A stretch of 64,000 nt of DNA from Candidatus Pelagibacter ubique HIMB058 (lineage in GTDB: Bacteria > Pseudomonadota > Alphaproteobacteria > Pelagibacterales > Pelagibacteraceae): assembly GCA_000419545.1 (NCBI GenBank), contig ATTF01000002.1:4093-68092 (forward strand), in the 5' to 3' direction. The translations under genes were made by a program, and so were the position numbers. The notes under the pieces are model-generated. The model did not search any database, was not told where the DNA came from, and saw nothing but the letters and a program-made list of their open reading frames with translations. Shown here in pieces: positions 28,833-39,380 of this stretch (position 1 is its first letter; each line of letters starts with the position of its first letter).

Positions 28833-29837
28833 TTAATATTCTCTATAAAATTTTATTAATTTATCTACTTTGTCTGGGTTTGTTTCTGGAAGCATACCAT
28901 GTCCTAGATTAAAAACATAAGGCAAACCTTTGAATGCGTCTAAATATTTTTTAGCATTACTGTATATTTCTTCATCTGATAATAATAAAGTTTTTGGGTC
29001 TAGCCCTCCTTGAATTACTGTGTCTTTCAGATTTTCTTTAGCCCAATTGGGATTAATAGTGTAATCTATATTTATCCCGTCTGGCTTTACCAAACTATTA
29101 AAATCTTTGTAATTCTCTTTAATACCTCTTGGAAAGCAAATTACAGGTATATTTTTCTTTTTACAAAACTCTACAATTTTAGAATTTGGAGAATAACAAA
29201 AGTTATTAAGATCTTCTTGTGGTATTGATCCAGCCCAAGAATCAAAAATTTGAACTACGTCAGCCCCTGCTTTAACTTGATTTTCAATATGCAAACAAAG
29301 ATAGTTAATTAATTTTTCTAGTATCAAATTAATTTCATCTTTTTTTTTATTAATTATTTTTAAATCAATTTCATTTTTATTTTGTTTAGCTCCAATCATG
29401 TATACTAATAAAGTCCATGGAGCCCCTATAAAAGATATTAATGATTTTTCTTTATTTAATTTTTTTCTAGTAATTTCTATCGCTTTATAAACTGGTTTAA
29501 GTTTCTCAGTAAATTCGAGATCATCATTTTTTAAAAAAAATTCTAAATCAAAATTTGCTAGTTTTGGACCATGATTTTTTAAAAATTCCACTTTTTGATT
29601 AAGTGCATAAGGTACCATCAAAATATCCGAGAAAATTATTGCAGAGTCTAGATTAAATCTTTCGATTGGTTGTAGTGTAATTTCAGAACTTAACTCGCTA
29701 TCGAGACAAAGATTAATAAAATCTTGATTTTGTGATCTAATTTCTCGAAACTCAGGTAAATAACGCCCAGCTTGTCTCATAAACCAAACTGATTTACAAA
29801 TTTTTTTATTTTTTAATATTTCTTTAAGACTATTCAT
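28833..29837 (-). CDS. hemE: Uroporphyrinogen decarboxylase
   Basis: VWFMRQAGRYLPEFRE, IFSDIL, VQIFDSWAG and FNLGHG motifs. Confidence 0.9.
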   Translation of the reverse strand: MNSLKEILKNKKICKSVWFMRQAGRYLPEFREIRSQNQDFINLCLDSELSSEITLQPIERFNLDSAIIFSDILMVPYALNQKVEFLKNHGPKLANFDLEFFLKNDDLEFTEKLKPVYKAIEITRKKLNKEKSLISFIGAPWTLLVYMIGAKQNKNEIDLKIINKKKDEINLILEKLINYLCLHIENQVKAGADVVQIFDSWAGSIPQEDLNNFCYSPNSKIVEFCKKKNIPVICFPRGIKENYKDFNSLVKPDGINIDYTINPNWAKENLKDTVIQGGLDPKTLLLSDEEIYSNAKKYLDAFKGLPYVFNLGHGMLPETNPDKVDKLIKFYREY

Positions 29838-30108
29838 TAAATAATAAAAAGTTTTTAAGTGTAATAAATGCTTTAGGTCCTGTTATTTAGTTATATAACG
29901 AATTATACACTTTTTATACATAAGACCATTTATAACTTTCCTTGAAAAATATGATTTTGGAACGTTTATTGATTTTATAAACATCAAAAAAACCATATTA
30001 TTAACATTCAACAAAATGTTTAAATAGTGTTAATTAATGTTAGTTATTTTTTCTACTTTTTTTTAAATATGTAAAAAAGTAACTAATTAATACTTTATTA
30101 ACAAAGTT
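29838..30108. other. Candidate chromosomal replication origin (oriC) in the hemE / DUF299 divergent spacer
   Basis: This is the largest non-coding gap in the window (271 bp) and is very AT-rich. The flanking genes diverge from it. The synteny hemE | spacer | DUF299-maf-aroE-coaE-dnaQ matches the conserved alphaproteobacterial Cori locus. There are four same-strand 8/9 matches to TTATNCACA (29903, 29914, 29975, 29998) but no perfect DnaA box. Confidence 0.5.
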
Positions 30109-30927
30109 ATGAACGAAAAATACAATGTATATCTTGTGTCTGACTCAACTGGAGAGACATTAGATAGAATATTTTTATCTCTCAAATCTCAATTTGCCAA
30201 CTTCGAGTATGATAAGAAAGAATTTGCCTTTATAAGAACTGAACAGCAAATAGACAAGATAATCAAAGAATGTGATCAAATTGATAATGCTATAATATTG
30301 TATACGATTGTTGAGACTAAATTAGCCAAATACCTAGCAAATCAAAGCGAAAAGTTCTCTGTTCCATGTTTTGGTGTTTTAGGAAACTTAATTTTAAGCT
30401 TTTCTAAATTACTTAACCAAAAAGCTATACATAAACCAAGCGCTCAACACGTTCTAGATGAAGATTACTATAAAAGAATTGAGGCTATACAATTTACAAT
30501 GTCCCACGACGATGGAAAAAAAGTAGATGATATTAATAATGCAGATGTAATTTTATTAGGTGTAAGCAGAACCAGCAAAACCCCAACTTCTATATATCTA
30601 GCTAATAGAGGTTATAAAACAGTCAATATTCCTTTAGTATTGGATCAGAAAATACCTGAAAATTTAAAGTCTAATAACACTTCTTGTATAATAGGTTTAG
30701 TAGCAGACCCAGAGAGATTATCTGACATTAGAAGAAATAGAGTAGCAATAATGAAAGATCAAAAGCTTAAAGATTATACAGATTTAGATGCAATTAAAAA
30801 AGAAGTCGAAGATTCTAAAAAACTTTTTAAAAAAAACAATTGGCCTGTAATTGATGTTACTAGAAGGTCTGTAGAGGAAACTGCTGCTTCGATTTTAAAG
30901 ATCATTGATATAAAAAGAAATAAATGA
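30109..30927 (+). CDS. Pyruvate, phosphate dikinase / PEP synthetase regulatory protein (DUF299, PDRP/PpsR)
   Basis: VYLVSDSTGETLDRIF N-terminus and P-loop GVSRTSKTPTS. Confidence 0.85.
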   Translation: MNEKYNVYLVSDSTGETLDRIFLSLKSQFANFEYDKKEFAFIRTEQQIDKIIKECDQIDNAIILYTIVETKLAKYLANQSEKFSVPCFGVLGNLILSFSKLLNQKAIHKPSAQHVLDEDYYKRIEAIQFTMSHDDGKKVDDINNADVILLGVSRTSKTPTSIYLANRGYKTVNIPLVLDQKIPENLKSNNTSCIIGLVADPERLSDIRRNRVAIMKDQKLKDYTDLDAIKKEVEDSKKLFKKNNWPVIDVTRRSVEETAASILKIIDIKRNK

Positions 30928-31508
30928 AAATAATTTTAGCTTCGAAAAGTGGTGTTAGAAAACAAATTTTAGACAAATATAAGATTAATAATGAGGTTAT
31001 GGTCTCAAATGTGGACGAAGATGAAATCAAAGACTCCCTTCTCGCAGAAGGAGCAGATCCATTAATTATTTCTAAAAACCTTGCTGAAATAAAATCTATT
31101 AAAGTAAGCAATAAAAATCCAGATCGTTTAGTACTCGGTGCAGATAGTGTTGTCTCATTAGATAATGAGTTAATTAATAAACCAAAATCAAGAGAAGAAG
31201 CTTTCTCAATTCTAAAAAAACTTAATAATTCGATACATTATTTAATAAGTTCAGTTTGTATATCGAAAAACGGAGCAATGATTTGGAATCATACCGATTC
31301 TTCAGAATTGAAAATGAAAAATTTAGATGACTCTTCACTATTAAAATATTTAGATAAAATAAAAACAGAAACGTTATTAGCATACGGTGTATACCAAATC
31401 GAGGCAGACGGATTAGAACTATTTGAATATGTAAAAGGAGATAGAGATTCTATTATGGGTTTACCTATAAAAGAAATAATTAGCTATATAGATCAATTTA
31501 AAAAATGA
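30924..31508 (+). CDS. maf: Maf-like nucleoside triphosphate pyrophosphatase
   Basis: IILASKSGVRKQIL, LGADSVV and YGVYQIE-type motifs; 4-nt overlap with the upstream gene. Confidence 0.85.
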   Translation: MKIILASKSGVRKQILDKYKINNEVMVSNVDEDEIKDSLLAEGADPLIISKNLAEIKSIKVSNKNPDRLVLGADSVVSLDNELINKPKSREEAFSILKKLNNSIHYLISSVCISKNGAMIWNHTDSSELKMKNLDDSSLLKYLDKIKTETLLAYGVYQIEADGLELFEYVKGDRDSIMGLPIKEIISYIDQFKK

Positions 31509-32320
31509 AAAAGAAATTTGGAATTATTGGCAACCCTATCAAACATTCTTTGTCACCAGTTTTACATAAATATTGGTTTGATAAATACGACTTAGATGCA
31601 AGTTATTCGATAATAGAAGCAAAAGATGAAGATTTAAAAGATATTGTAAAGAAAATAAGAAATCATGAATTAACTGGAATTAATGTTACTTTACCTTTTA
31701 AACAAAAAATAATTAATCAAACTGATAAGATTGTTAATGATGCTGATCTTACGGGGTCAGTAAATACTGTTTTGTTAGATAATGATAAAATTGTCGGTGA
31801 AAACACTGATGTGTTTGGGTTGCAGGCTGCATATCTTAAAGAGATTGATAGTAACTTACATAAAAGTGCTCTAATTATTGGAGCAGGAGGAGTGTCTCCT
31901 TCGGTTATTTTATCCCTTCAAAAATCAGGGATTAAAGAAATATCAATAACTAATCGAACCAATGAAAAGTGTATATTTTTAAAAAAAAGATTTTCTTATC
32001 TCAATATAACTCCATGGAAAAATTTGAGAGATGAAATAAAAAAATTTGATATAATTATAAACGCTACAAGTCTGGGTTTAAAAAATGGAGATGATTTTGA
32101 TTTCAACTTCTTAGGCACGAAAGAAAATATTATTTATATTGATACAATTTATAATCCATTAGAAACAAAGACTTATAAATTTCTCAAAGAGGAAGGCAGA
32201 AAAGTTTTCAATGGTCTTGATATGTTTATATATCAAGGGCAAAAATCCTTTTACTTATGGAATAAAATTAATCCAGAGATTGATAATGAATTAATCGAAC
32301 TACTAAATTCAAAGCTTTAA
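31505..32320 (+). CDS. aroE: Shikimate dehydrogenase
   Basis: GIIGNPIKHSLSPVLH, GINVTLPFK, NTD.FG and GAGGVS motifs. Confidence 0.85.
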   Translation: MKKKFGIIGNPIKHSLSPVLHKYWFDKYDLDASYSIIEAKDEDLKDIVKKIRNHELTGINVTLPFKQKIINQTDKIVNDADLTGSVNTVLLDNDKIVGENTDVFGLQAAYLKEIDSNLHKSALIIGAGGVSPSVILSLQKSGIKEISITNRTNEKCIFLKKRFSYLNITPWKNLRDEIKKFDIIINATSLGLKNGDDFDFNFLGTKENIIYIDTIYNPLETKTYKFLKEEGRKVFNGLDMFIYQGQKSFYLWNKINPEIDNELIELLNSKL

Positions 32321-32886
32321 TGATTAAAATTGGCATTACAGGTTCATTGGCATCAGGCAAATCTACAGCTAGCAAATTTTTGTCTAGTAAGTACGGTCCA
32401 TTATTTAGTGCTGATAGTGCAGTTAAAGAACTTTATAAAAGCTCTAGTTTTAAGAGCTTGATTAGTAAAAAGTTCAAAATAAAAAACAATAATCAAATTA
32501 AAAAAAACCTCAAAAAAATGATTTTTAATAATAGCGCTGAACTTAAAAAATTAGAAAAAATAATTCATCCCTTAGTTAGAAAAAAAATGAAAAAATTTAC
32601 GTTTAAAAATAAAAATAAAAAACTCTTATTTTATGAAATTCCACTATTAATTGAGAGCAAGCTCATGAAATATTTTGATAAAATAATTTTTATAAAATCA
32701 AAAAAGCAACTTAGATTGAAAAGATTTAAGTCAAAGAATGGAGACAAAAAATTATTTAATTTATTAAACAGTAAGCAAATGAGAGATAATAAAAAAATCA
32801 AGTTTTGTGATTATGTTATTGTGAATGAAAAAAATTTAAAGATTTTAAAAAAAAATCTATCAACTATAATATCTAAATATGAATGA
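32320..32886 (+). CDS. coaE: Dephospho-CoA kinase
   Basis: IGITGSLASGKST P-loop and IHPLV motif; lies between aroE and dnaQ. Confidence 0.8.
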   Translation: MIKIGITGSLASGKSTASKFLSSKYGPLFSADSAVKELYKSSSFKSLISKKFKIKNNNQIKKNLKKMIFNNSAELKKLEKIIHPLVRKKMKKFTFKNKNKKLLFYEIPLLIESKLMKYFDKIIFIKSKKQLRLKRFKSKNGDKKLFNLLNSKQMRDNKKIKFCDYVIVNEKNLKILKKNLSTIISKYE

Positions 32887-33538
32887 AGTCTTTTTAGACA
32901 CTGAAACTACAGGGTTGTCATTTAAAGAAGGCCATAAGGTTGTTGAAATTGCTTGTATTGAAACTAAAGATTTAATTCCTACGGGAAAAGTATTTCATAA
33001 ATTAATTAATCCAAAAAGAAGTATGCCAAACGAGGCATTTAAAGTTCATGGTTTTTCAGAAGAATTTTTAAAAGACAAAGATACATTCGATATTATCGCT
33101 GATGAATTTTTAACTTTTGTAAAAAATAAAAAAATTATAATTCATAATGCGCCTTTTGATCTAGGGTTCTTAGATGGAGAACTAGGATTACTTAAAAAGG
33201 AAAAAATGGATAAAAAGTTAGTAATTGATTCATTAGAAGTCGCTAGAAATAAATTTCCTGGAACCTCAAATTCACTAGATGCACTATGTAAAAAGTTCAA
33301 TATAGATCTTTCTAGAAGGACAAAACATAATGCTTTATTAGATTGTGAGTTGTTAAGAGAAGTTTATATTAATTTGTTAGATGCTAAGGAACCAAAATTT
33401 GATCTTTCTAATAATATAGAAGCTCAGCGTTTAAATAAGACTAAAGATTATAACAAAACAATTGTGAAAATCTCGGAAGATGAAATTAAAAAACATAAAG
33501 ATTTTTTAAAATCGGAATTAAGAAAAAATTTTTATTGA
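32879..33538 (+). CDS. dnaQ: DNA polymerase III epsilon subunit (3'-5' exonuclease)
   Basis: Exo motifs FLDTETTGL, IIHNAPFDLGFL and HNALLDCELL. Confidence 0.85.
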   Translation: MNEVFLDTETTGLSFKEGHKVVEIACIETKDLIPTGKVFHKLINPKRSMPNEAFKVHGFSEEFLKDKDTFDIIADEFLTFVKNKKIIIHNAPFDLGFLDGELGLLKKEKMDKKLVIDSLEVARNKFPGTSNSLDALCKKFNIDLSRRTKHNALLDCELLREVYINLLDAKEPKFDLSNNIEAQRLNKTKDYNKTIVKISEDEIKKHKDFLKSELRKNFY

Positions 33539-33951
33539 ACCTTTCTCATATTATATAATTTTTCAAAATCGACAGTCTCATTTATTTTCACATCCTTAAA
33601 ACCAGAATTTTCAAATAAAAAAACAAAAATTTGTCTTAATTCAGAATAAATTTCGCCTGGAACATTAATTAATATAATTTTTTCCATTTCATCTTTTTGA
33701 ATTTTTTCATTTTCTAACTCGACAATAGTTGAATAAATGATTTTGGTATTTATTTTTTCAAAATCTTCTTTTATCGGTGTTAGGCTCAAGCTGGTTAACA
33801 CTTCAATTATATTTTGTTTAACTTGCGCGCTCTTAATATCAATATTTATCTTGTAGTTAGATATATTTTTGGAGAGTAGAAAAAATGTTTTTGGGTTAGG
33901 AATGTTAAAGTTCAAATCCTTTATATATTTTCCAATTATTTTATAGCTCAT
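33532..33951 (-). CDS. secB: Protein-export chaperone SecB
   Basis: 139 aa. The YIKDLNFNIPNP N-terminus is typical of SecB, and the synteny with fxsA and tim44-like matches. Confidence 0.8.
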   Translation of the reverse strand: MSYKIIGKYIKDLNFNIPNPKTFFLLSKNISNYKINIDIKSAQVKQNIIEVLTSLSLTPIKEDFEKINTKIIYSTIVELENEKIQKDEMEKIILINVPGEIYSELRQIFVFLFENSGFKDVKINETVDFEKLYNMRKVQ

Positions 33952-34360
33952 CTTTTTTATGATCGACTATTTCTCCATCAATAGCTCCGTCTTCACGGTT
34001 CACTACTGATTGAGATTTATTTTTTAAAACTAAACTAAATATTATTTTTCTTGTAAAAGGAATTAATAATAAGAATCCAATTAAATCTGTAAAAAAACCT
34101 GGTATTATAAGAAGGAGTGCAGCTATAGCTATAGATGCTCCCGACATGATTTCGTAAATAGGCATTTTATTTTGGTACAAATTAACCATTCCAGATTTTA
34201 ATGTTTGAATTCCTTGTAATTTTGCAAAATAAACACCAATTATTGCAGTTAGAAAAATAAGCGCGACAGTATTTAATGCTCCTACTTGCCCGCCTATCTT
34301 AATAAATAGAAATATTTCAAGTGCAGGAAGAGCTATAAAAAATATAAAAAATGGGTTCAT
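33941..34360 (-). CDS. fxsA: FxsA family membrane protein
   Basis: LPALEIFLFIKIGGQVG and IPGFFTDLIGFLLLIPFTR signatures. Confidence 0.75.
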   Translation of the reverse strand: MNPFFIFFIALPALEIFLFIKIGGQVGALNTVALIFLTAIIGVYFAKLQGIQTLKSGMVNLYQNKMPIYEIMSGASIAIAALLLIIPGFFTDLIGFLLLIPFTRKIIFSLVLKNKSQSVVNREDGAIDGEIVDHKKDEL

Positions 34361-34386
34361 TTGTCTGATACAAAAATATATGATTA

Positions 34387-35007
34387 ATGTATATTTATCA
34401 AATTATGAGTAATAGTTTTGGTTATATTGACATAATTTTATTAGGAATGATTGCAGGATTTATTATCTTGCGACTTAGAAGTATTTTGGGCAGAAAAACA
34501 GGCCATGAGTCAAAAGTTTACCCAAGTTTTGCAGAAGAAAAATTCAACATACCAAAAAAAGAAATAAAACCAGTTAAACAGAACCTTGAAACTTTAGAAG
34601 GTAAAGACAAAAAAGAATTTTTAAAAGGAGCAGAGATTGCTTACGAAACTATTCTTACAGCTTTTGCAAGTGGAGATACTAAAAAATTTAAAGGTCTTTT
34701 AACTGCAACAATGAGCAATAACTTTAAAAGTGCTATTGACGCAAGAAATAAAGAAAACATGAAATCTGAATTTACATTCATTGGAGTTAAAGAATCTTCA
34801 GTAGAAAAATATGAAAAAATTAAAGATGATCTATTTGCAACAGTAAAATTTGTAGCTGAAGTTATCTCTGTCAAAAAAGATCAAAATGATAAGATTATCG
34901 AAGGAAGCCCAGACAAAATAAAATTTGTTTCAGATGTTTGGAAATTTACAAAAAACATTAAAAATTCAAGTCCTAACTGGTATCTAGCTGAAATCGTTAG
35001 TCAGTGA
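34387..35007 (+). CDS. Tim44-like domain protein
   Basis: N-terminal TM, then a Tim44-like C-terminal domain ending DVWKFTKNIKNSSPNWYLAEI. An alternative start is ATG 34405. Confidence 0.7.
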   Translation: MYIYQIMSNSFGYIDIILLGMIAGFIILRLRSILGRKTGHESKVYPSFAEEKFNIPKKEIKPVKQNLETLEGKDKKEFLKGAEIAYETILTAFASGDTKKFKGLLTATMSNNFKSAIDARNKENMKSEFTFIGVKESSVEKYEKIKDDLFATVKFVAEVISVKKDQNDKIIEGSPDKIKFVSDVWKFTKNIKNSSPNWYLAEIVSQ

Positions 35008-35420
35008 TTAAAAAAAAAGACCTTTCAAATGAAGATAGCGAAGTATGGCAATCTTATATTAAAAACCCCACTGACGTTTATGATAAAGACTTAGGAAAGA
35101 AATCAATAAACAGAAAAGAAAGATTCAAATTTGATCTTCACGGCTACACTTTGGATGAGGCAAATAAAAAAGTAAAAGAAATTATTATTTCTTGCTCTAA
35201 AAATAAATATAGAGAAATTTTATTAATAACTGGTAAAGGTTTACACTCAACGTCTGGTGAAGATACATATGTTTCGAATGATCTTAGTAAACTAAGGTAT
35301 TCAGTTCCTGATTTTATAAGCTCTGATGAAGAATTAAAAAATTATATTATTTCAATAGAAGAGGCTGAAAAAAAAGATGGAGGTGATGGAGCCATCCTTA
35401 TTAAGCTTAAGAATTTATAA
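35004..35420 (+). CDS. Smr-domain protein
   Basis: [11 protein letters not shown]...[10 protein letters not shown] are Smr motifs. The GTG start overlaps the upstream stop (GTGA). Confidence 0.75.
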   Translation: MIKKKDLSNEDSEVWQSYIKNPTDVYDKDLGKKSINRKERFKFDLHGYTLDEANKKVKEIIISCSKNKYREILLITGKGLHSTSGEDTYVSNDLSKLRYSVPDFISSDEELKNYIISIEEAEKKDGGDGAILIKLKNL

Positions 35421-36791
35421 TATAAACTTAGAAAGATCTGTATCTTTTACTAAATTGCCTAAGTTATCTTGTACGTATTTTTGATTAACAGTTATAGTTT
35501 CACCTGCTCTATCAGTTGCGTTAAAACTTATATCATCTAGAACTTTTTCAATAATAGTATGAAGTCTTCTAGCTCCAATATTTTCCACTGAAGAATTGAC
35601 CTCAGCTGAAATTTTAGCAAGCATATCAATACCGTCATCTGTGAATTCTAAATTTACGTTTTCCGTTTTAAGAAGCTCTTTGTATTGCTTGATTAAACTA
35701 TTATCTGGTTCTTTAAGAATTCTTTTGAAATCTTCTTCTTTTAATGCGTCTAACTCAACTCTTATAGGAAGCCTTCCTTGTAATTCAGGTAATAAATCAG
35801 ATGGCTTTGCTAATTGAAATGCTCCTGAGGCAATGAATAAAATATGATCAGTTTTAATTGGACCATGCTTAGTGCTTACAGTTGTTCCCTCTATAAGAGG
35901 TAGTAAGTCTCTTTGTACACCTTCTCTCGAAACATCACCGCCAACCCTATCGCTTCTCGCAGATACTTTATCTATTTCATCTAAAAATACTATTCCGTTT
36001 TCTTCTGTGGCTTTTTTTGCTTCAGTTATAATTTTATCTTCCTCGATCATTTTGTCTGACTCTTGGGCTACTAGAATGTCGTGTGACTCCTTAACAGTCA
36101 TCTTTTTCTTTTTGCCTTTTTTACCACCCATAGACTTTCCAAGAATGTCTCCGAGATTTACCATTCCAACGTTTCCACCAGGCATTCCAGGTATTTCAAA
36201 ACTTTGTAGTGGAGAAGAAGTATTTTGTACCTCTATTTCTATTTCATTATCATCTAAATCACCGTTTCTTAATCTTTTTCTAAAACTCTCTCTTGTAGCA
36301 ACACTTGCCTTATTGCCTACAAGAGCGTCTAATACTTTCTCTTCAGCCTTTAACTCTGCCTTAGCCTTAACTTCTTTTCTCTTCTTCTCTCTTTCCATAG
36401 CAATAGCTATTTCAATTAAATCTCTAATGATTTGTTCTACATCTCTTCCTACGTAGCCTACTTCTGTAAATCTTGTTGCTTCGACTTTAATAAATGGAGC
36501 TTCTGCTAATTTTGAAAGTCTTCTAGAAATTTCAGTTTTACCAACACCTGTTGGCCCAATCATTAAAATATTTTTTGGAAGAACTTCATCTCTCATTTCA
36601 TCTGACAAAGCTTGTCTTCTCCACCTGTTTCTTAACGCAACGGCTACTGCTTTCTTTGCATCTTTTTGGCCAATAACGTATCTGTCTAATTCAGAGACAA
36701 TTTCTCTAGGTGATAAAGCGCTTACTTTAGAAGTCTCTTTACTTTTATTTTTTACTACTTTTAAATTTGTAACTTTATTAGTTGGTGCCAT
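35415..36791 (-). CDS. hslU: ATP-dependent protease ATPase subunit HslU
   Basis: [15 protein letters not shown], Walker [11 protein letters not shown], and [10 protein letters not shown]. Confidence 0.95.
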   Translation of the reverse strand: MAPTNKVTNLKVVKNKSKETSKVSALSPREIVSELDRYVIGQKDAKKAVAVALRNRWRRQALSDEMRDEVLPKNILMIGPTGVGKTEISRRLSKLAEAPFIKVEATRFTEVGYVGRDVEQIIRDLIEIAIAMEREKKRKEVKAKAELKAEEKVLDALVGNKASVATRESFRKRLRNGDLDDNEIEIEVQNTSSPLQSFEIPGMPGGNVGMVNLGDILGKSMGGKKGKKKKMTVKESHDILVAQESDKMIEEDKIITEAKKATEENGIVFLDEIDKVSARSDRVGGDVSREGVQRDLLPLIEGTTVSTKHGPIKTDHILFIASGAFQLAKPSDLLPELQGRLPIRVELDALKEEDFKRILKEPDNSLIKQYKELLKTENVNLEFTDDGIDMLAKISAEVNSSVENIGARRLHTIIEKVLDDISFNATDRAGETITVNQKYVQDNLGNLVKDTDLSKFIL

Positions 36792-36792
36792 G

Positions 36793-37332
36793 TTAAACTT
36801 TTTCTACTGTAATGTTGTTATTAGTAAATACACATATGTCAGATGCAACTTTGATAGATTTTCTAGCTATATCCTCCGCGCTCATATCAGTTTCAGCTAA
36901 TACTTTTGCAGCGGCTAAAGCATAATTACCACCTGATCCAATTCCAATTATTCCATCCTCTGGTTCTAAAACATCACCTGTTCCAGAAATTATAAAACTA
37001 TGTTTCTTGTCTGCAACAGCCATTAAAGCTTCTAATCTTCTTAAAAATTTATCACTTCTCCAGTCTTTTGCTAATTCAACAGCAGCCCTTTGTAAGTTTC
37101 CAGCATGTTTTTCAAGTTTTGCTTCTAACCTTTCAAATAAGGTTAATGCATCAGCAGTTGAACCTGCAAACCCAGCAATGACTCCTCTGCTTTCAATTTT
37201 TCTTACTTTCTTTGCTTTGCTTTTTAAAACTGTGTTGCCAAGACTAACTTGGCCGTCACCTGCAACTACTGTTTCACCATTTTTTCTAAGTAAAACAATT
37301 GTAGTACCGTGCCATTTTTCAGCTGTATTCAT
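36793..37332 (-). CDS. hslV: ATP-dependent protease subunit HslV
   Basis: HGTTIV (catalytic Thr after processing), GDGQVSLG and GSGGNYA motifs. Confidence 0.95.
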   Translation of the reverse strand: MNTAEKWHGTTIVLLRKNGETVVAGDGQVSLGNTVLKSKAKKVRKIESRGVIAGFAGSTADALTLFERLEAKLEKHAGNLQRAAVELAKDWRSDKFLRRLEALMAVADKKHSFIISGTGDVLEPEDGIIGIGSGGNYALAAAKVLAETDMSAEDIARKSIKVASDICVFTNNNITVEKV

Positions 37333-37432
37333 AACGTTATATGTGGAGATTAATTTAAGATCTTCAATAGGTAATCTACTTTATTGATAAAATGAGTGAA
37401 TATATATATATCAAATATTAATCTGCGTTATT

Positions 37433-38023
37433 ATGGCAAGAAAAGCAAAAATAAATAGAAAAACAAAAGAAACCAGCATTTCAGTTTCCGTTAATTTAGA
37501 CGGCAAAGGTAAATACAAAATAAAAACCGGAATTGGTTTTTTAGACCACATGTTAGAACAGCTTTCTAAGCACTCATTAATAGACTTAGAAGTAAGTGCT
37601 CAAGGTGACACGCACATTGATTTACACCACACTACTGAAGATACAGGAATAGCAATTGGTGAAGCTATTAAAAAAGCTGCAGGCAATCGAAAAGGAATTA
37701 CAAGGTATGCCTCAACTATAATTCCAATGGATGAAACCCTTAGCCGAGTTTCAATTGATGTATCAAATAGACCTTATTTAATTTGGAAAGTTAATTTACC
37801 AGTTGAGAAACTTGGTGAGATGGATACAGAATTGTTTAAAGAGTGGTTCCAAGCATTCTCTCAATCTGCCGGAGTTACTTTACACGTAGAAAATATTTAC
37901 GGTGAAAATAGTCACCACAAAATTGAGTCTTGTTACAAAGGTTTAGCTAGATCATTAAAAGATGCGTTAGCGATAGATAAAAGAATTAAAAATTCAATAC
38001 CTTCGACAAAAGGCTCTATTTAA
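37433..38023 (+). CDS. hisB: Imidazoleglycerol-phosphate dehydratase
   Basis: [31 protein letters not shown] and NSHHKIES motifs. Confidence 0.92.
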   Translation: MARKAKINRKTKETSISVSVNLDGKGKYKIKTGIGFLDHMLEQLSKHSLIDLEVSAQGDTHIDLHHTTEDTGIAIGEAIKKAAGNRKGITRYASTIIPMDETLSRVSIDVSNRPYLIWKVNLPVEKLGEMDTELFKEWFQAFSQSAGVTLHVENIYGENSHHKIESCYKGLARSLKDALAIDKRIKNSIPSTKGSI

Positions 38024-38028
38024 TTTTG

Positions 38029-38655
38029 ATGAACGTCACTATTGTTGACTACCAATCGGGCAATATAAGCTCAGTCATTAACTCTTTTACTGAGGCCGCT
38101 AAAGGTAAAGTTAAATTAGAAGTAACTTCTGATATAAATAAAATAAAATCTAGTGATAAAATTGTTTTACCTGGCCAAGGATCATTTAAAAGTTGTGCAG
38201 ACTCCTTAAACAGTATTGACGGATTGGTAGATACGCTAAAAGATTTCGCAATTATGAATAAGAAACCATTATTAGGAATCTGTGTGGGTTTACAAATGTT
38301 TGCCGATATTGGCTTTGAAGAAGCAGAAACAAAAGGTTTAGGATGGATTGCCGGTAAAGTTTCTAAAATTGATAATCAAAATGGTAAATTTAAACTTCCG
38401 CATATTGGTTGGAATGAAATAGACATTCAAAAAGAAAGCAAAATTTTTAAAGATATAAAAAATAAATCTCACATGTATTTTGTGCACAGTTATGAATTTG
38501 TTCCACAAGATAATTCGGTTATCTCAGCAACAACAGATTATTCATCTAAGATTGTTTGTGCGGTTGAGAAGGATAATTTGTTTGGAACACAATTTCACCC
38601 TGAGAAGAGTGATAAAACAGGATTAAAAATAATTGATAATTTTTTAAAATTATAA
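38029..38655 (+). CDS. hisH: Imidazole glycerol phosphate synthase, glutamine amidotransferase subunit
   Basis: VLPGQGSF, GICVGLQM, HIGWN and QFHPEKS motifs. The ORF opens at TTG 38026; ATG 38029 is more likely. Confidence 0.9.
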   Translation: MNVTIVDYQSGNISSVINSFTEAAKGKVKLEVTSDINKIKSSDKIVLPGQGSFKSCADSLNSIDGLVDTLKDFAIMNKKPLLGICVGLQMFADIGFEEAETKGLGWIAGKVSKIDNQNGKFKLPHIGWNEIDIQKESKIFKDIKNKSHMYFVHSYEFVPQDNSVISATTDYSSKIVCAVEKDNLFGTQFHPEKSDKTGLKIIDNFLKL

Positions 38656-39380
38656 TGAAAATATTTCCAGCTATAGACATAAAAGATAAAAAATGTGTGA
38701 GATTAATCAAAGGAGATTTTGACAATAAAACTGAATATGAAACTTCACCAATTGATCAAGCTGGTAAATACAAAGATCATGGTTTTAAAAATTTACACAT
38801 TGTTGATTTAGATGGAGCTTTAACTGGAAAGACAATTAACCTAGATGTTATTAAGCAGATAGTTAGTAAATATGATTTAAAAGTGGAAATAGGTGGCGGT
38901 GTAAGATCACTAGATAGCATTAAACAATATATCGAAGCAGGTGTTGAGAAAGTAATCTTAGGAAGTGGTGCTATAAAAAATAAAGAATTTTTAAAAGAAG
39001 CTTGTGAAAAATTTAAAGACCAAATTGCTCTAGGATTAGATGCGAAAGATGGAAACCTTTCCGTATCAGGTTGGAAAGAAAATCTTAATATTAAAACTAC
39101 AGACTTTCTTAGAGAGGTGAACAGTTATGGTGTGAGCCGAATTATTTATACAGATATTAATAGAGATGGAATGAAAAGCAGTCCTAATTTTGATGAAACT
39201 GTAAAAATTGCAGAGCTTGCTAATTGTCCCGTTGTGATTTCAGGAGGCGTCTCTTCGCTTAATGATATAAAAAAAGCTAAAGAATTAAATAACAATAAAA
39301 TAGAAGGTATCATTGTAGGAAAGGCAATTTACGATGGTGATATTAAACTTGAAGAATTAGCGAGGGAGATCAGTGCTTAA
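38655..39380 (+). CDS. hisA: 1-(5-phosphoribosyl)-5-[(5-phosphoribosylamino)methylideneamino]imidazole-4-carboxamide isomerase
   Basis: [29 protein letters not shown] and YTDINRDG motifs. Confidence 0.9.
   Translation: MKIFPAIDIKDKKCVRLIKGDFDNKTEYETSPIDQAGKYKDHGFKNLHIVDLDGALTGKTINLDVIKQIVSKYDLKVEIGGGVRSLDSIKQYIEAGVEKVILGSGAIKNKEFLKEACEKFKDQIALGLDAKDGNLSVSGWKENLNIKTTDFLREVNSYGVSRIIYTDINRDGMKSSPNFDETVKIAELANCPVVISGGVSSLNDIKKAKELNNNKIEGIIVGKAIYDGDIKLEELAREISA

Noticed and set aside
30087-30101. TTAA-N7-TTAA (TTAATACTTTATTAA) in the candidate origin, which matches the CtrA-box consensus.
   Set aside because: At this AT content, TTAA-N7-TTAA arises easily by chance. It sits only 8 nt from the DUF299 start codon, and I cannot confirm from this window that the organism encodes CtrA. 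This is not enough to call.
35872-36456. A 194-aa ORF on the plus strand, remarkably long for an AT-rich genome; a similar 126-aa ORF lies at 37007-37387.
   Set aside because: Both are fully antisense to the strongly conserved hslU and hslV genes. The products are low-complexity Ser/Leu/Phe/Pro-rich mirror translations of Lys/Glu/Asp/Gly-rich codons. There is no RBS and no independent motif. These are shadow ORFs.
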